A stretch of DNA of 64,000 nt, taken from assembly GCA_965225945.1 (NCBI GenBank), contig CBDDBZ010000032.1, forward strand, positions 96,001-160,000, written 5' to 3'. Source of the stretch: Alphaproteobacteria bacterium. GTDB taxonomy: Bacteria; Pseudomonadota; Alphaproteobacteria; GCA-2731375. Position 1 is the stretch's first letter; every line of letters starts with the position of its first letter. The notes under the pieces were generated by a model. It had not been told where the DNA came from, made no database searches, and saw nothing but the letters and a program-made list of their open reading frames with translations. Below, one piece after another: positions 19,722 through 29,762 of the stretch. Position numbers and translations under genes: made by a program.

Positions 19722-22007
19722 ATGGCAGCCATCGCCGCCGACATCGCCCAGTTGTTGGACGACGTCCGCCGGCCCGGCGACTTCTGCACCTCCGGCAGCT
19801 TGGAGATCTTTGCCCCGGGACTGGAGGTCGAGGGCGTCGGACCGGTCGCCCTGCCGCTCCTGGCGGCGCAGGCCGAACAGCTGGTCGCCGTCGCCCGCCG
19901 GGCACCTTATGGCCGTGGCGAGCAGACCCTGGTCGACACCGAGGTCCGGCGGACCTGGCAGATCGACGCCGGCCGGGTGCGGCTCACCGGCCGGGGCTGG
20001 GCGCGCACCCTCGAGGCCATCGTCGGCCGCGCGGCGGAAGGCCTGGGCGTAGAAGGGCCGGTCGCGGCTGAGCTTTACAAGCTGCTGGTCTACGACCGAG
20101 GCAGTTTCTTCATCGGCCACCGCGACAGCGAGAAACGGGACGGGATGTTTGCGACGCTGGTCGTCGCGCTGCCTTCGGTCGGCAGCGGCGGCGAGCTGCT
20201 GGTCCGGCACAAGGATCGGGAGGCGCGGCTCGACCTCAGGGTCACCGATCCAGCGGAAGTGGCCTTCGCCGCCTTCTACGCCGACTGCCTGCACGAGGTG
20301 TTGCCGGTAGTCTCGGGCTTTCGGCTGACCCTGGTCTACAATCTCTCGCGCCCGGCGGCGGGCCGGCGGCCGACGCCGCCCGACCACGCAGCCGAACAGA
20401 ACGCGCTGGCCGCGCGGTTGCGCCGCTGGGTCGAGAACGAGGCGTCTGAAGACGCCGCGGCGCCGGACAAGCTGGTCTATCCGCTGGAGCATGCCTACAC
20501 CCTGGCGGGCCTGTCGTTCGCGACGCTGAAAGGGCCGGACGCCGCCAGGGCCGCCACGCTGGCGGCGGCGGCGGAGACCGCCGGGTGCGACGCATACCTG
20601 GCGCTGCTGTCGATCGAGGAGTGGGGCAGCGCCGAGCACGCGGGCCATTACGGCTGGCGTCGCGGCCAGGTCGAGGACGAGTTCGAGCCGATCGAGGTTC
20701 ACGAGAGGAGCCAAGCGCTTACTGATTGGCGGCGGCCCGACCACAGCGATCCGGGGCTTGGACCGCTGCCGTTTGACGAGGACGAGTTGGCGCCTCCCGG
20801 CGCCCTGGACGACATCGCCCCCGACGAGGAGAGCTTCCGCGAGGCAACCGGCAACGAGGGCGCCACGTTCGAACGCAGCTACCGGCGCGTCGCCCTGGTG
20901 CTGTGGCCGCGCGAGCGCTCGTTGGCGGTGCTCAACCAGGGCGGCCTGGCCGCCACCCTGCCGTATCTCGCCGAGCTTGCCGAGCGATGGACGGCGGGCG
21001 GGTCAGACCGGCAGTCGTCGCTCTGGACCGAGGCGCACGAGCTCGCGGGCCACATGCTAGCCTCGTGGCCCAGGCATCCCTGGCAAACCTCCGAGTCGCG
21101 CGGCGAAGTTTTGGCTCTGCTGGCGACGCTCTGCCGGCTCGGGGATGCCGCGCGCATCGAGGCCTTCCTGGGCGACGTGAGCGCGGCCGGCGCCTACGCC
21201 CAGGGCGACAACGAGAGCATCGTCGCGGCGCTGCGCCAGTTGCCGCCGCGAAGCGCCGAGGCGGCGGTCGAGCGCATCGTTGCCGGCAACGCCGCGCGTG
21301 TCCCGGCCGCCTGCGCCAATCTTTTGGCGCTGGCATCGACGTCGGCCATGGCGCCGCGCGCGGCGGCCGCCGCCCTACTCGCGGCACTGCGGGGCGACCC
21401 CGCGCGCGCGCCGCAAGAGGCCTCCTGGAATCGGCCGGAACGCAGGGGGCCCGAGTTCGTCGTCGATCTCTTGGCCGGCCTCGGGCAGATCGACACGGCC
21501 CTCGCCGAGGCGGCGGTCGACACGCTCCTGGCTTGGCCCAAGACCTACGGCATGGACGCAATGCTCGTGCCCGCCGTCGTGGCCCTCGGCGAGACGGCCG
21601 CCAACCAGACGGCCGCCGGCGCGGCGGTGGCACGCCTCGGCGAGGCCGCAGCGGATCACCTGCGCGCCCGCATCGCTCTGCCGCTGGCACCGCCGACCGA
21701 CTGGTCGCGGGACGCCAAGCTCGGCTGCGATTGCCGGCACTGCCGCGAGCTCGGCCTGTTTCTCGCCGACCCCGCGCGCAGCATCTGGCTTTTCAGGGCC
21801 GCCCAAGCCGACCGCGGCCATGTGGAGAGCACCGTCCGCAACAGCCGCTCTGACCTCGAACTGAAGACGCACCGCCAGGGCCGACCTTACACGCTGGAGT
21901 GCACCAAGAACCAAGCAAGCTACCAACGGCGCGTGCGGCAACGCGAGAAGGACCAGGCGAATCTGGCGCTGATCGAAGTGCGGTGGACATCGACGAGGCG
22001 AGGTTGA
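19722..22007 (+). CDS. Long 2OG-Fe(II) oxygenase-domain protein with C-terminal CxCxxC
   Basis: LYKLLVY, HRD (HxD), HEVLPV..GFRLTLVYNL; helical middle; LGCDCRHC. Confidence 0.8.
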   Translation: MAAIAADIAQLLDDVRRPGDFCTSGSLEIFAPGLEVEGVGPVALPLLAAQAEQLVAVARRAPYGRGEQTLVDTEVRRTWQIDAGRVRLTGRGWARTLEAIVGRAAEGLGVEGPVAAELYKLLVYDRGSFFIGHRDSEKRDGMFATLVVALPSVGSGGELLVRHKDREARLDLRVTDPAEVAFAAFYADCLHEVLPVVSGFRLTLVYNLSRPAAGRRPTPPDHAAEQNALAARLRRWVENEASEDAAAPDKLVYPLEHAYTLAGLSFATLKGPDAARAATLAAAAETAGCDAYLALLSIEEWGSAEHAGHYGWRRGQVEDEFEPIEVHERSQALTDWRRPDHSDPGLGPLPFDEDELAPPGALDDIAPDEESFREATGNEGATFERSYRRVALVLWPRERSLAVLNQGGLAATLPYLAELAERWTAGGSDRQSSLWTEAHELAGHMLASWPRHPWQTSESRGEVLALLATLCRLGDAARIEAFLGDVSAAGAYAQGDNESIVAALRQLPPRSAEAAVERIVAGNAARVPAACANLLALASTSAMAPRAAAAALLAALRGDPARAPQEASWNRPERRGPEFVVDLLAGLGQIDTALAEAAVDTLLAWPKTYGMDAMLVPAVVALGETAANQTAAGAAVARLGEAAADHLRARIALPLAPPTDWSRDAKLGCDCRHCRELGLFLADPARSIWLFRAAQADRGHVESTVRNSRSDLELKTHRQGRPYTLECTKNQASYQRRVRQREKDQANLALIEVRWTSTRRG

Positions 22008-22377
22008 GGCTGCCTCTGGCAGAGACGGTTGGATTCCAGTCCCAGTCCCTCCGCCAACACTTGAAACATTGATATTAAAAGGATAAATGGAATTTGACTA
22101 ACCCCGAATCGTCTCCTGGTTTCCGCCGCTTACGGACATTGCGTATCGTATGAACGGTCATCGGAGACCACACTGGTCCGCGTTTGGCGGCGCTCATTGA
22201 CCGAATATCTTTTTCCGCACTTTTGGTGGTACGGTACGCGGCAATGATGCGGCGCTTACCCATCGCTTACCGCATTCCCTGATAATTCCCTGATACGCAG
22301 ATTAAATTCCCTGTTCCGTCGAGTAGGGAATTTGCAAAAATTATGCAGTAATATCAGCTGGTTATTGGGGGCGAGTG

Positions 22378-24089
22378 GTAACCGGGGCAAAAGACCGGGC
22401 GGCTAGGCCATTTCCATGCATCGTTGTCTGACGAGGCCGGGTAGAGATGGCACCGGTGTTGCGTTCGGGACCTGGAGACGGTCGCCGAGATAATGCCAAT
22501 ATGAGATCCCGAGCTTTCGGCAGGTCTTCATCAGCCCGATGAAGGTGTCGCGGGCCTGCTTGCCGGCTTGCGAGCGGGTGCCGCCGGACAGTTTTCGCCG
22601 GGTGACCATGGCGCGGATGTCGGTTTCCGAGCCATTGGTGTGGAGCGGCACCTCCGGGCGGTCGAGGACGACCAGCAATTCCTCCCTGTTGGTGTGGATA
22701 CGCGCCAGCAGCCGATCCAGGGTGATGAAGCCTGTTTTCGTGGTGAACAGAGCCTCGAAGCGGCGATACAATTGGCCTCGCCGCCTTGGCGTCGGCTTTT
22801 CGCGATAGGCTTTCAGATCGGCGTAGAGCCGCCAGAGCCGGGCTTGGATGCGTTCCTTCTCCCGGCGCTGAGCCTCGCTGAAAGCGTCCAGTTGGTGGAT
22901 CAGCCGTTCGCTATGAACCCAGCAGAGCGCGTGGCGATCGACGTTGAACTGGCCGGCATCGTCACTCAGAACAACCGTGCCATCCGGGCCGCCATTGAGC
23001 AACCCGTGCGCGGTGATGGCCCCCCACAGCGCGCCCTCGGTGGCGACCTTGACTGGATCGGGATGGACTTTGAGCGCGGCAATCCCAAGCTACTCGAGAT
23101 GGACCATCCAGGCGGCCTCGCCGACAAAGTGGTGGTTCTCCGCCTCGGCCAGCCGAGCGATCACGGTTCCGGCGAGCTTGCGCTTGCGCAGGTAGGAGAA
23201 CGCCGCCTAGTTGATCACATAGTCGCCATGGCCGGCCCGCAGCAGCTCCAGGAAGTTCAACCGGCTCTTGGAAAAGCCGGTGTTGAACCAGGTAAACGCA
23301 TCGTTGCCGATCTGGGTTGTCACCCCATTGCGGTGCGCATGCCGGGCGCCGGTGTCGTCCACGCTGATCCAGGGCGCGGTTTCCAGGCCGGCGCGCAGCA
23401 CCGCTTGCGCCTCGGCGGCAAAAGCTTCCTGGCCCTCGTTCAAAAGCCGCATCACCTGGCGCTTGGAGATATCGACGCCGAGATCGCGCAACAGCCTCGC
23501 CAAGCGTTCCACGCTGGTCTGCGCGCCGTGCTATTGGGCCAACACGAAACGGCGAAGCTCGGGGCCGAAATGACCGCGCGTCCCCGCCGGCAGGGGCGCC
23601 ACCAGGCAACGACCGTCCGGCGTCAGCCAGCGCTCGCGGCGCAACAGAACGTTATGCGGCCGGCAGAGCAGATCCTGGACCAGGTAATCCTCCCAGCCCT
23701 TGAAGCGCGAGCCCGCCGGCGCATCGACGTCGACGACGCGTTTCTCATCAATCGAGACCCGGCCCAACTTGGCCCCGCGCCGCGCCTTGTTGGCAGACCG
23801 CCCCGCCTTCGCCTGTGCCCGCGAGCGCGCTTTCTCGTCCATCCCGCTGGGCTTGATATTCGGGGGACCGTTCAGGCCCTCGAGACGGCGGTTCTCCTCC
23901 CGTAGCGCGGCGATCTCGCCATCCCGTGCCGCGCCCAGCTCAAGCAGCTCCAACACCAACGCCTTGAGGGCCGCGATATCCAGAGCATCAACGTCCAGGG
24001 GCGATTCGGCCATGCGGGGATTGATTCACAACTCGCGCCGAAAAGGAATCCCCTGCACGAAAAAATGCCCGGTGTTTTGCCCCGGTTAC
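22378..24089 (-). mobile_element. IS66 family (single-ORF, ISBst12-like) element with 9-bp target duplication
   Basis: TIR GTAACCGGGGCAAAA(G/C)ACCGGGC 22/23; GGGCGAGTG duplicated at 22369-22377 and 24090-24098. Confidence 0.92.
22403..24013 (-). pseudogene. IS66 transposase with three in-frame TAG stops
   Basis: One frame throughout; VDDTG, LSDDAGQF, ALCWVH, PLHTNGSE; TAG at 23531, 23207 and 23090. Confidence 0.88.
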
Positions 24090-24283
24090 GGGCGAGTGGA
24101 TCGAAATCGGGCGAAATCGGCGATTTTCCCTGTGAATTCCCTGCATAACAGGGAACTTGGCCGGAGAATGACGGAGACCAGTTCGCTCATGCCTCCCTGT
24201 ACCGCCAAATAAGTTGGGCAAATTCCCGGGCGACGGGGTCCAGGATGCCCTATCGCAATGATGTCGGGTAGGTAGGGAAGACT

Positions 24284-24358
24284 TGGAGCGGGCGATGGGA
24301 TTCGAACCCACGACTTCAACCTTGGCAAGGTTGCGCTCTACCCCTGAGCTACGCCCGC
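24284..24358 (-). tRNA. tRNA-Gly(GCC)
   Basis: GCGGGCGTAGCTCAGGGGTAGAGCGCAACCTTGCCAAGGTTGAAGTCGTGGGTTCGAATCCCATCGCCCGCTCCA; cloverleaf, GCC anticodon, encoded CCA. Confidence 0.97.
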
Positions 24359-24497
24359 GCCCGGGGCCGGGATCATAGCCATATCCCCCCCGGTGGCAAG
24401 CCACAATTCATTCCCCAACCCGTCCCGCGGCCCGTCCCAGGGCTTTCCCCGCGCACGCTCGCCTTATTCTCGCCGCCGCCCTCGCACCGAGATGGCC

Positions 24498-24585
24498 ATG
24501 CCACGGTGCCCCGAAGAGCTGTTCGGCCGGCTCGACGCCCTCGTCATCGTGACCACGGCGCACGGCCGCCCACCCGCCGCCCTTG
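24498..24585 (+). pseudogene. N-terminal relic of a ProX/YbaK prolyl-tRNA editing protein
   Basis: MPRCPEELFGRLDALVIVTTAHGRPP resembles the ProX N-terminus, in its usual position upstream of cnoX. Confidence 0.5.
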
Positions 24586-24689
24586 CGGGGCCCGGGCGGC
24601 CACCCTACCCTAGGAAGCAAGCTGGGACGGCGGTGACGCGCCCGCCCGGCGCAGCTACGAGCCGCGCCTCGGCGAGGAGGATGAGAGGG

Positions 24690-25589
24690 ATGGAGGAGCC
24701 GCTGATCGGCCAGGCGCCGGCCGACGTGATCAAGGACACCGATGCCCAGGGCTTCGCCGACGACGTCATGGTCGCCAGCCAGGAGGTGCCGGTGATCGTC
24801 GACTTCTGGGCGCCCTGGTGCGAGCCTTGCAAGCAGTTGACGCCAATCCTGGAGAAGCTGGTGCGCCAGGCCGGCGGCACGGTCCGCCTGGTCAAGCTCA
24901 ACATCGACGAAAACCCGGCGATCGCGCAGCAACTCCGCATCCAGTCGATCCCCGCCGTCTACGCCTTCCGGCACGGCCAGCCGATCGACGGCTTCTCCGG
25001 CGCGTTGCCCGAAAGCCAGGTCCGCGCCTTCGTCGAGCGCCTCACCGGCGACAGCGGACCGAACGAGGTCGAGCGGGCGATCGAGGCGGCCGAGCAGGCG
25101 CGCGAGGCGGGCGATCTCGATCGCGCCGTCGACGTCTTCGGCCAGATCCTCCGGATCGAGCCGCAAAACGTCAATGCGTTGGCCGGTCTGGCGCGGTGCT
25201 ACGTCGGCGCCGGCGAGCTGGAGGAAGCGGCACGGACGCTCGAGATGATCGCGCCGCAGAGCCGCGGGGCGCCCGCCGTCACGGCCGCCCAGGCGGCCTT
25301 GGAGCTGGCCCGCCAGGCGGGCGATGCCGGCGACATCGGCGAGCTTCGGCGCGCGGTCGAGACCGATCCGAACGATCACCAGTCCCGCTTCGACCTGGCC
25401 CAGGCCCTGGTTGTCCAGAGCGCGCGCGAGGAGGCGGTGGACCACCTGCTGGAAATCGTCAAGCGCGACCGGAAGTGGAACGAGGAGGCGGCCCGCAAGC
25501 AACTGCTGACGCTATTCGACGCCTTCGGCGTCGCCGACCCGCTGACCGCCGCCTCCCGGCGGCGGTTGAGCACGCTGCTGTTCTCCTGA
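24690..25589 (+). CDS. cnoX: Thioredoxin-TPR chaperedoxin (CnoX/YbbN)
   Basis: VDFWAPWCEPCK, IQSIP, TPR repeats, RRRLSTLLFS end. Confidence 0.9.
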   Translation: MEEPLIGQAPADVIKDTDAQGFADDVMVASQEVPVIVDFWAPWCEPCKQLTPILEKLVRQAGGTVRLVKLNIDENPAIAQQLRIQSIPAVYAFRHGQPIDGFSGALPESQVRAFVERLTGDSGPNEVERAIEAAEQAREAGDLDRAVDVFGQILRIEPQNVNALAGLARCYVGAGELEEAARTLEMIAPQSRGAPAVTAAQAALELARQAGDAGDIGELRRAVETDPNDHQSRFDLAQALVVQSAREEAVDHLLEIVKRDRKWNEEAARKQLLTLFDAFGVADPLTAASRRRLSTLLFS

Positions 25590-25733
25590 CCCGGGCGAGG
25601 CCGGCCGGGCACGCCATACGATGAGCATCGACCTCGAGCGCCCCGCTCGCCCCGCGGGCCACCCGCGAGGGTCCCCTTCCCGGAGCGCGAGCGGGGCGAG
25701 GAGGGAATCGCCGGGAAAGGCGATCGGCGTGCG

Positions 25734-26378
25734 ATGACCACCTTGCCCGAGCGGATCGCCGTCTTCCCGCTGACCGGGGTCCTGCTGCTGCCGAACGAGC
25801 GGCTACCGCTCAACATCTTCGAGCCGCGCTACCTGGAGATGACCCGCGACGCGCTGGCGGGCGAGGGGCTGATCGGCATGATTCAGCCGCTCGATCCCGA
25901 GGATCCCGCGTTCGAGCCGGCGATCTACGAGACCGGTTGCGCGGGCCGCATCACCACTTCGCGCCAGACCCCGGACGGTCGATATCTGATCGTGTTGACG
26001 GGGGTTTCGCGCTTTCGGGTCGCGCGGGAGCTCGAGACCGAGGCCGAGTATCGCCAGGTGATTCCCGACTGGTCGCCGTTCGACGCCGATATCTCGGCCA
26101 ACGAGCAAACGGCGGCAATCGATCGCGAGCGCCTGTCGCGGGTCCTCGAGGCCTTCGCCGCGGCGAACGAGCTGACCTTGGATTGGGATGCGGTGGCGGA
26201 GACGCCGGGCGCCACGTTGGTGAACCAGTTGGCGATGCTGGCGCCGTTCCAGCCGAGCGAGAAGCAGGCGCTGCTGGAATCGCGCGACGCGGGGGAGCGG
26301 GCCCGGGTGCTGACCGCGCTGATGGAGATGGCGCTGATCGGCGGCTTCGGCGGCGAGGACGGCGCGAGTTCGCATTAA
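25734..26378 (+). CDS. LON peptidase substrate-binding domain protein
   Basis: FPLTGVLLLP..LPLNIFEPRY, GCAGRI, EKQALLE. Confidence 0.9.
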   Translation: MTTLPERIAVFPLTGVLLLPNERLPLNIFEPRYLEMTRDALAGEGLIGMIQPLDPEDPAFEPAIYETGCAGRITTSRQTPDGRYLIVLTGVSRFRVARELETEAEYRQVIPDWSPFDADISANEQTAAIDRERLSRVLEAFAAANELTLDWDAVAETPGATLVNQLAMLAPFQPSEKQALLESRDAGERARVLTALMEMALIGGFGGEDGASSH

Positions 26379-26380
26379 TA

Positions 26381-26404
26381 CCAACCGCCATTTATGGCGG
26401 CTGG
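26381..26404. terminator. Hairpin between convergent genes
   Basis: CCAACCGCCAT-TT-ATGGCGGCTGG. Confidence 0.35.
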
Positions 26405-26445
26405 CATGACCTCGGTTGGCATGATTCCGCGTGAGCGGATGGCGC

Positions 26446-27063
26446 TCAGCCCTCTGGCTCGGTTGGCGCCGTCGCCGGTTTCGCTCGATGTTCCGGCGGA
26501 TAGCGGATCAGCGCGACCAAGCTGGCGAAGCCCGCATCGTCCCCCGCCGCCAAGAGCGGTGCCGCCTCCGCGATCGCGTCCAGGAGGTCGGGCAGCCAAG
26601 CTTGGTCGTTCTTGGTGAAATCCTTCAAGACGAAGCCCTTGACCCGCCTCTTGTCGCCCGGGTGCCCGATGCCCAGCCGGACGCGGCGATAGTCCGGACC
26701 GATATGGGCGTGAATGCCGCGCAGCCCGTTGTGTCCGGCATGCCCGCCGCCCCGCTTCATCTTGAGCTTGCCCGGCACCAAGTCGATCTCGTCGTGCAGG
26801 ACCACGATGTCGGCCGGATCGATCTTGAAGAACCGCGCCGCCTCGCCCACCGCGCGGCCCGACTCGTTCATGTAGGTCGTGGGCTTGAGGGCCAGGGTCC
26901 TGCGATCCCCCACCCGTCCCTCCGCCGCCTGGCCGAAAAAGCGCCGCCGCCACAGCGGGAAGCCATGAGATTCGCAGATCGCGTCGAGCGCCATGAAGCC
27001 GACGTTGTGGCGATTGCGCGCGTAGGCGTCGCCCGGATTGCCCAGTCCGACCAGCAGCAGCAC
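26446..27063 (-). CDS. pth: Peptidyl-tRNA hydrolase
   Basis: GLGNPG, RHNVGF, KPTTYMNESG, GHNG. Confidence 0.97.
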   Translation of the reverse strand: MLLLVGLGNPGDAYARNRHNVGFMALDAICESHGFPLWRRRFFGQAAEGRVGDRRTLALKPTTYMNESGRAVGEAARFFKIDPADIVVLHDEIDLVPGKLKMKRGGGHAGHNGLRGIHAHIGPDYRRVRLGIGHPGDKRRVKGFVLKDFTKNDQAWLPDLLDAIAEAAPLLAAGDDAGFASLVALIRYPPEHRAKPATAPTEPEG

Positions 27064-27070
27064 GAAGCGA

Positions 27071-27748
27071 CTACTCTTCCTTCGTTTCCTCGGAAGCGGC
27101 CTCGCCCTCGACCTGGTCTTCGCCCTCGATCTCGCCTTCGCCCTCGAGTTCTTCCTCTTTTTCCTCGTCTTCCTCCAGCTGCACGCTCGGCGCGGCGATC
27201 GTGGCGATGGTGAAGTCGCGGTCGGTGATCGCGGCGGTCGTGCCTTCCGGCAAGGTCACCGCGCTGATATGCAGGCTGTCGCCGACCTTGAGGCCGGTGA
27301 GGTCGATTTCGATGTTCTCCGGGATGGCGTCGGCCCGACAGACCACTTCGATCTCGTAGCGCACGACGTTCAAAACGCCGCCTTGACGCAGGCCCGGACT
27401 TTCCTCCTCGTTGGCGAAGACGACCGGGATCGCGATGGTGATCTCCGCGTCCTCGTCGAGGCGCAGGAAGTCGACATGAATTGGCGCGTCGGTGACGACG
27501 TGGAACTGCACCTCGCGGGGCAATACGCGCTGGGTTCTGTCTTCCAAGCGGAGGTCGTAGAGACGGTTCATGAAGCCGCCTCGGTTCAATTCCCGCTCCA
27601 GCTCGCGGCGGTCGATCGAGAGTGCTCTCGGCGCCATCTCGCGTCCGTAGACCACCCCGGGCACGCGGCCTTCGCGGCGGAGCTGGCGGGCCACGCCCTT
27701 ACCGGTTCCCTCGCGTGCCTCGACGCGAATTTCACTGATGTCGTTCAT
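27071..27748 (-). CDS. rplY: 50S ribosomal protein L25/Ctc
   Basis: GKGVARQLRREGRVPGVVYG, HVDF, acidic tail. Confidence 0.97.
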   Translation of the reverse strand: MNDISEIRVEAREGTGKGVARQLRREGRVPGVVYGREMAPRALSIDRRELERELNRGGFMNRLYDLRLEDRTQRVLPREVQFHVVTDAPIHVDFLRLDEDAEITIAIPVVFANEEESPGLRQGGVLNVVRYEIEVVCRADAIPENIEIDLTGLKVGDSLHISAVTLPEGTTAAITDRDFTIATIAAPSVQLEEDEEKEEELEGEGEIEGEDQVEGEAASEETKEE

Positions 27749-27951
27749 CGCTCACCTCCTTCCCGGCCATGCCCGCGCGGGCGGCCGGCGCGACGGCGTT
27801 TCCCGTCATCAATTCGGCGGCGATCATATACGCGCCCCGGCCGGAAAACTCAACGCCCGACGCACCGCTCGACAAGCGGGGTGCATCCGCGCGGGTGGCC
27901 CGGCCACTCCGCGGACACGGATCATGCACGGGCGCGGCGAGGCACGGAAGC

Positions 27952-28884
27952 TCAGTCGAACAGGCTCGAAACCGAGCTTTCCTCGCTGATCCGCCGGATC
28001 GCCTCACCGATCAGCGGCGCGATCTCGACCGCGCGTAGTTTCGCGCTATTCCCCATCGCCTCGGTTGCCTGGATGCTGTCGGTGACGGTCAGCGACACGA
28101 GATCCGAATTCTCCACCCGGGTAACGGCCTCGCCCGACAGCACGCCGTGGGTAACGTACGCGTGGACCGAGGCGGCCCCCTGTTCGGCCAGCGCGTCGGC
28201 CGCGTTGCACAGCGTGCCGGCGCTATCGACGATGTCGTCGAACAGGATGCAGCGCCGGCCCTCGATGTCGCCGATGACATGCATTACCTCGGAGACGCCC
28301 GCCCGTTCGCGACGCTTGTCGACAATCGCCAATTGCGCGCCGATCCGCCGCGCCAGCGCCCGCGCCCGGACGACGCCGCCGACGTCGGGCGAGACCACGG
28401 TCAGGTTGTTCTCCGGCAGTCGCTCCTGGATGTCGCGACTGAAGACCGGCACCGAGAACAAATTATCGGTCGGAATATCGAAGAAACCCTGGATCTGACC
28501 AGCATGGAGATCGAGCGTCAGGACCCGGTTGGCCCCGGCGGTGACGATCAGATTGGCCACCAGCTTGGCCGAAATCGGGGTCCTGGGCCCGGCTTTGCGG
28601 TCCTGTCGGGCATAGCCGAAATAGGGGACGACGGCGGTGATGCGCCGGGCCGAGGCGCGCCTGAGCGCGTCCATGCAGATCAACAGCTCCATCACGTGGT
28701 CGTTGGCCGGGCTGGAGGTCGACTGCACGATGAAGGCGTCCTCGCCCCTGACGTTCTCGTGAATCTCGACAAAAACCTCGCCGTCGGCGAAGCGGCGGAT
28801 GGTCGCCTCGGTGAGCGCGACCGACAGATATTCGGAAATGCCCTCGGCAAGCGGCCTGTTGCTGTTGCCCGCGACCAGCTTCAT
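27952..28884 (-). CDS. prs: Ribose-phosphate pyrophosphokinase
   Basis: [32 protein letters not shown]. Confidence 0.98.
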   Translation of the reverse strand: MKLVAGNSNRPLAEGISEYLSVALTEATIRRFADGEVFVEIHENVRGEDAFIVQSTSSPANDHVMELLICMDALRRASARRITAVVPYFGYARQDRKAGPRTPISAKLVANLIVTAGANRVLTLDLHAGQIQGFFDIPTDNLFSVPVFSRDIQERLPENNLTVVSPDVGGVVRARALARRIGAQLAIVDKRRERAGVSEVMHVIGDIEGRRCILFDDIVDSAGTLCNAADALAEQGAASVHAYVTHGVLSGEAVTRVENSDLVSLTVTDSIQATEAMGNSAKLRAVEIAPLIGEAIRRISEESSVSSLFD

Positions 28885-29079
28885 CGCCATGCCTCCCCGC
28901 AAGGTCCTGAGCGACCCGTCCCCCGAGCGCCAACCACCCCCGTCGGCGCCGGACTCTTAACAAGGCGCGATGGCGCTGTAAACGCCGCGTCGTCGCCAGA
29001 CGCGCGCTTGCGTCGAATGCGCGCGGGGATTACATCTTGTCGGCGCCCGAGGGCGCGGCACGCCGAGGAAAAGGCCCGG

Positions 29080-29370
29080 ATGGTCGCGGTTATCTCGCTT
29101 ATCGACGCCGTTCTGCAGATCTACACCTGGATCGTGATCGTCTATGTGATCATGACCTGGTTGGTGCAGTTCAACGTCATGAATATGCGCAACCAGTTCG
29201 TCGCGATGATCGGCAACGTCTTGCATCGATTGACCGAGCCGGTGCTTCGCCCAATTCGCAAAATCATGCCGGACCTCGGCGGCCTCGACATCTCGCCGGT
29301 GGTGTTGCTGCTGCTGCTGTTCTTCCTCAGAAACCTGATCGTCGTCGACGTCCAGAACGCGATCCGATAA
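29080..29370 (+). CDS. yggT: YggT family membrane protein
   Basis: [16 protein letters not shown]. Confidence 0.92.
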   Translation: MVAVISLIDAVLQIYTWIVIVYVIMTWLVQFNVMNMRNQFVAMIGNVLHRLTEPVLRPIRKIMPDLGGLDISPVVLLLLLFFLRNLIVVDVQNAIR

Positions 29371-29378
29371 GGCGCTTC

Positions 29379-29762
29379 ATGGCCGCATCGACCCGCCGGA
29401 CCGCGCTCGAGAAGTCCGCCGATACCGTGGGACCGGCGCGGCGAGCCGAGGGCACGCTACGTCTCGATTGCCGATTGCGGCCGGGCGCGCGGCGCAATCG
29501 AATTGTCGATATCGCGCCGGGGGCCGACGGCGCGCCCAGGCTCCGCGCCGAGGTCGGGGCCGCGGCGGAGGGCGGCAAGGCCAACCGCGCGCTGATCAAA
29601 CTCGTGGCCGACTTTCTCGGCCTCGCCCCCTCGCGCGTGAGCATTGCGATCGGCGCCACGCGGCACGAAAAGACCCTTGCGATCGAGGCTGCAACGGGCG
29701 AGGAATGGGCCCGGATCGTGGCGGCGCTGACGGCGCTTGGCGAGCAGGAGAAGCGGCGATGA
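29379..29762 (+). CDS. DUF167 (YggU) family protein
   Basis: [21 protein letters not shown]; between yggT and folD. Confidence 0.85.
   Translation: MAASTRRTALEKSADTVGPARRAEGTLRLDCRLRPGARRNRIVDIAPGADGAPRLRAEVGAAAEGGKANRALIKLVADFLGLAPSRVSIAIGATRHEKTLAIEAATGEEWARIVAALTALGEQEKRR

Noticed and set aside
22075-22263. 62-aa ORF in the low-GC spacer
   Set aside because: No recognisable motif or RBS; cannot be supported
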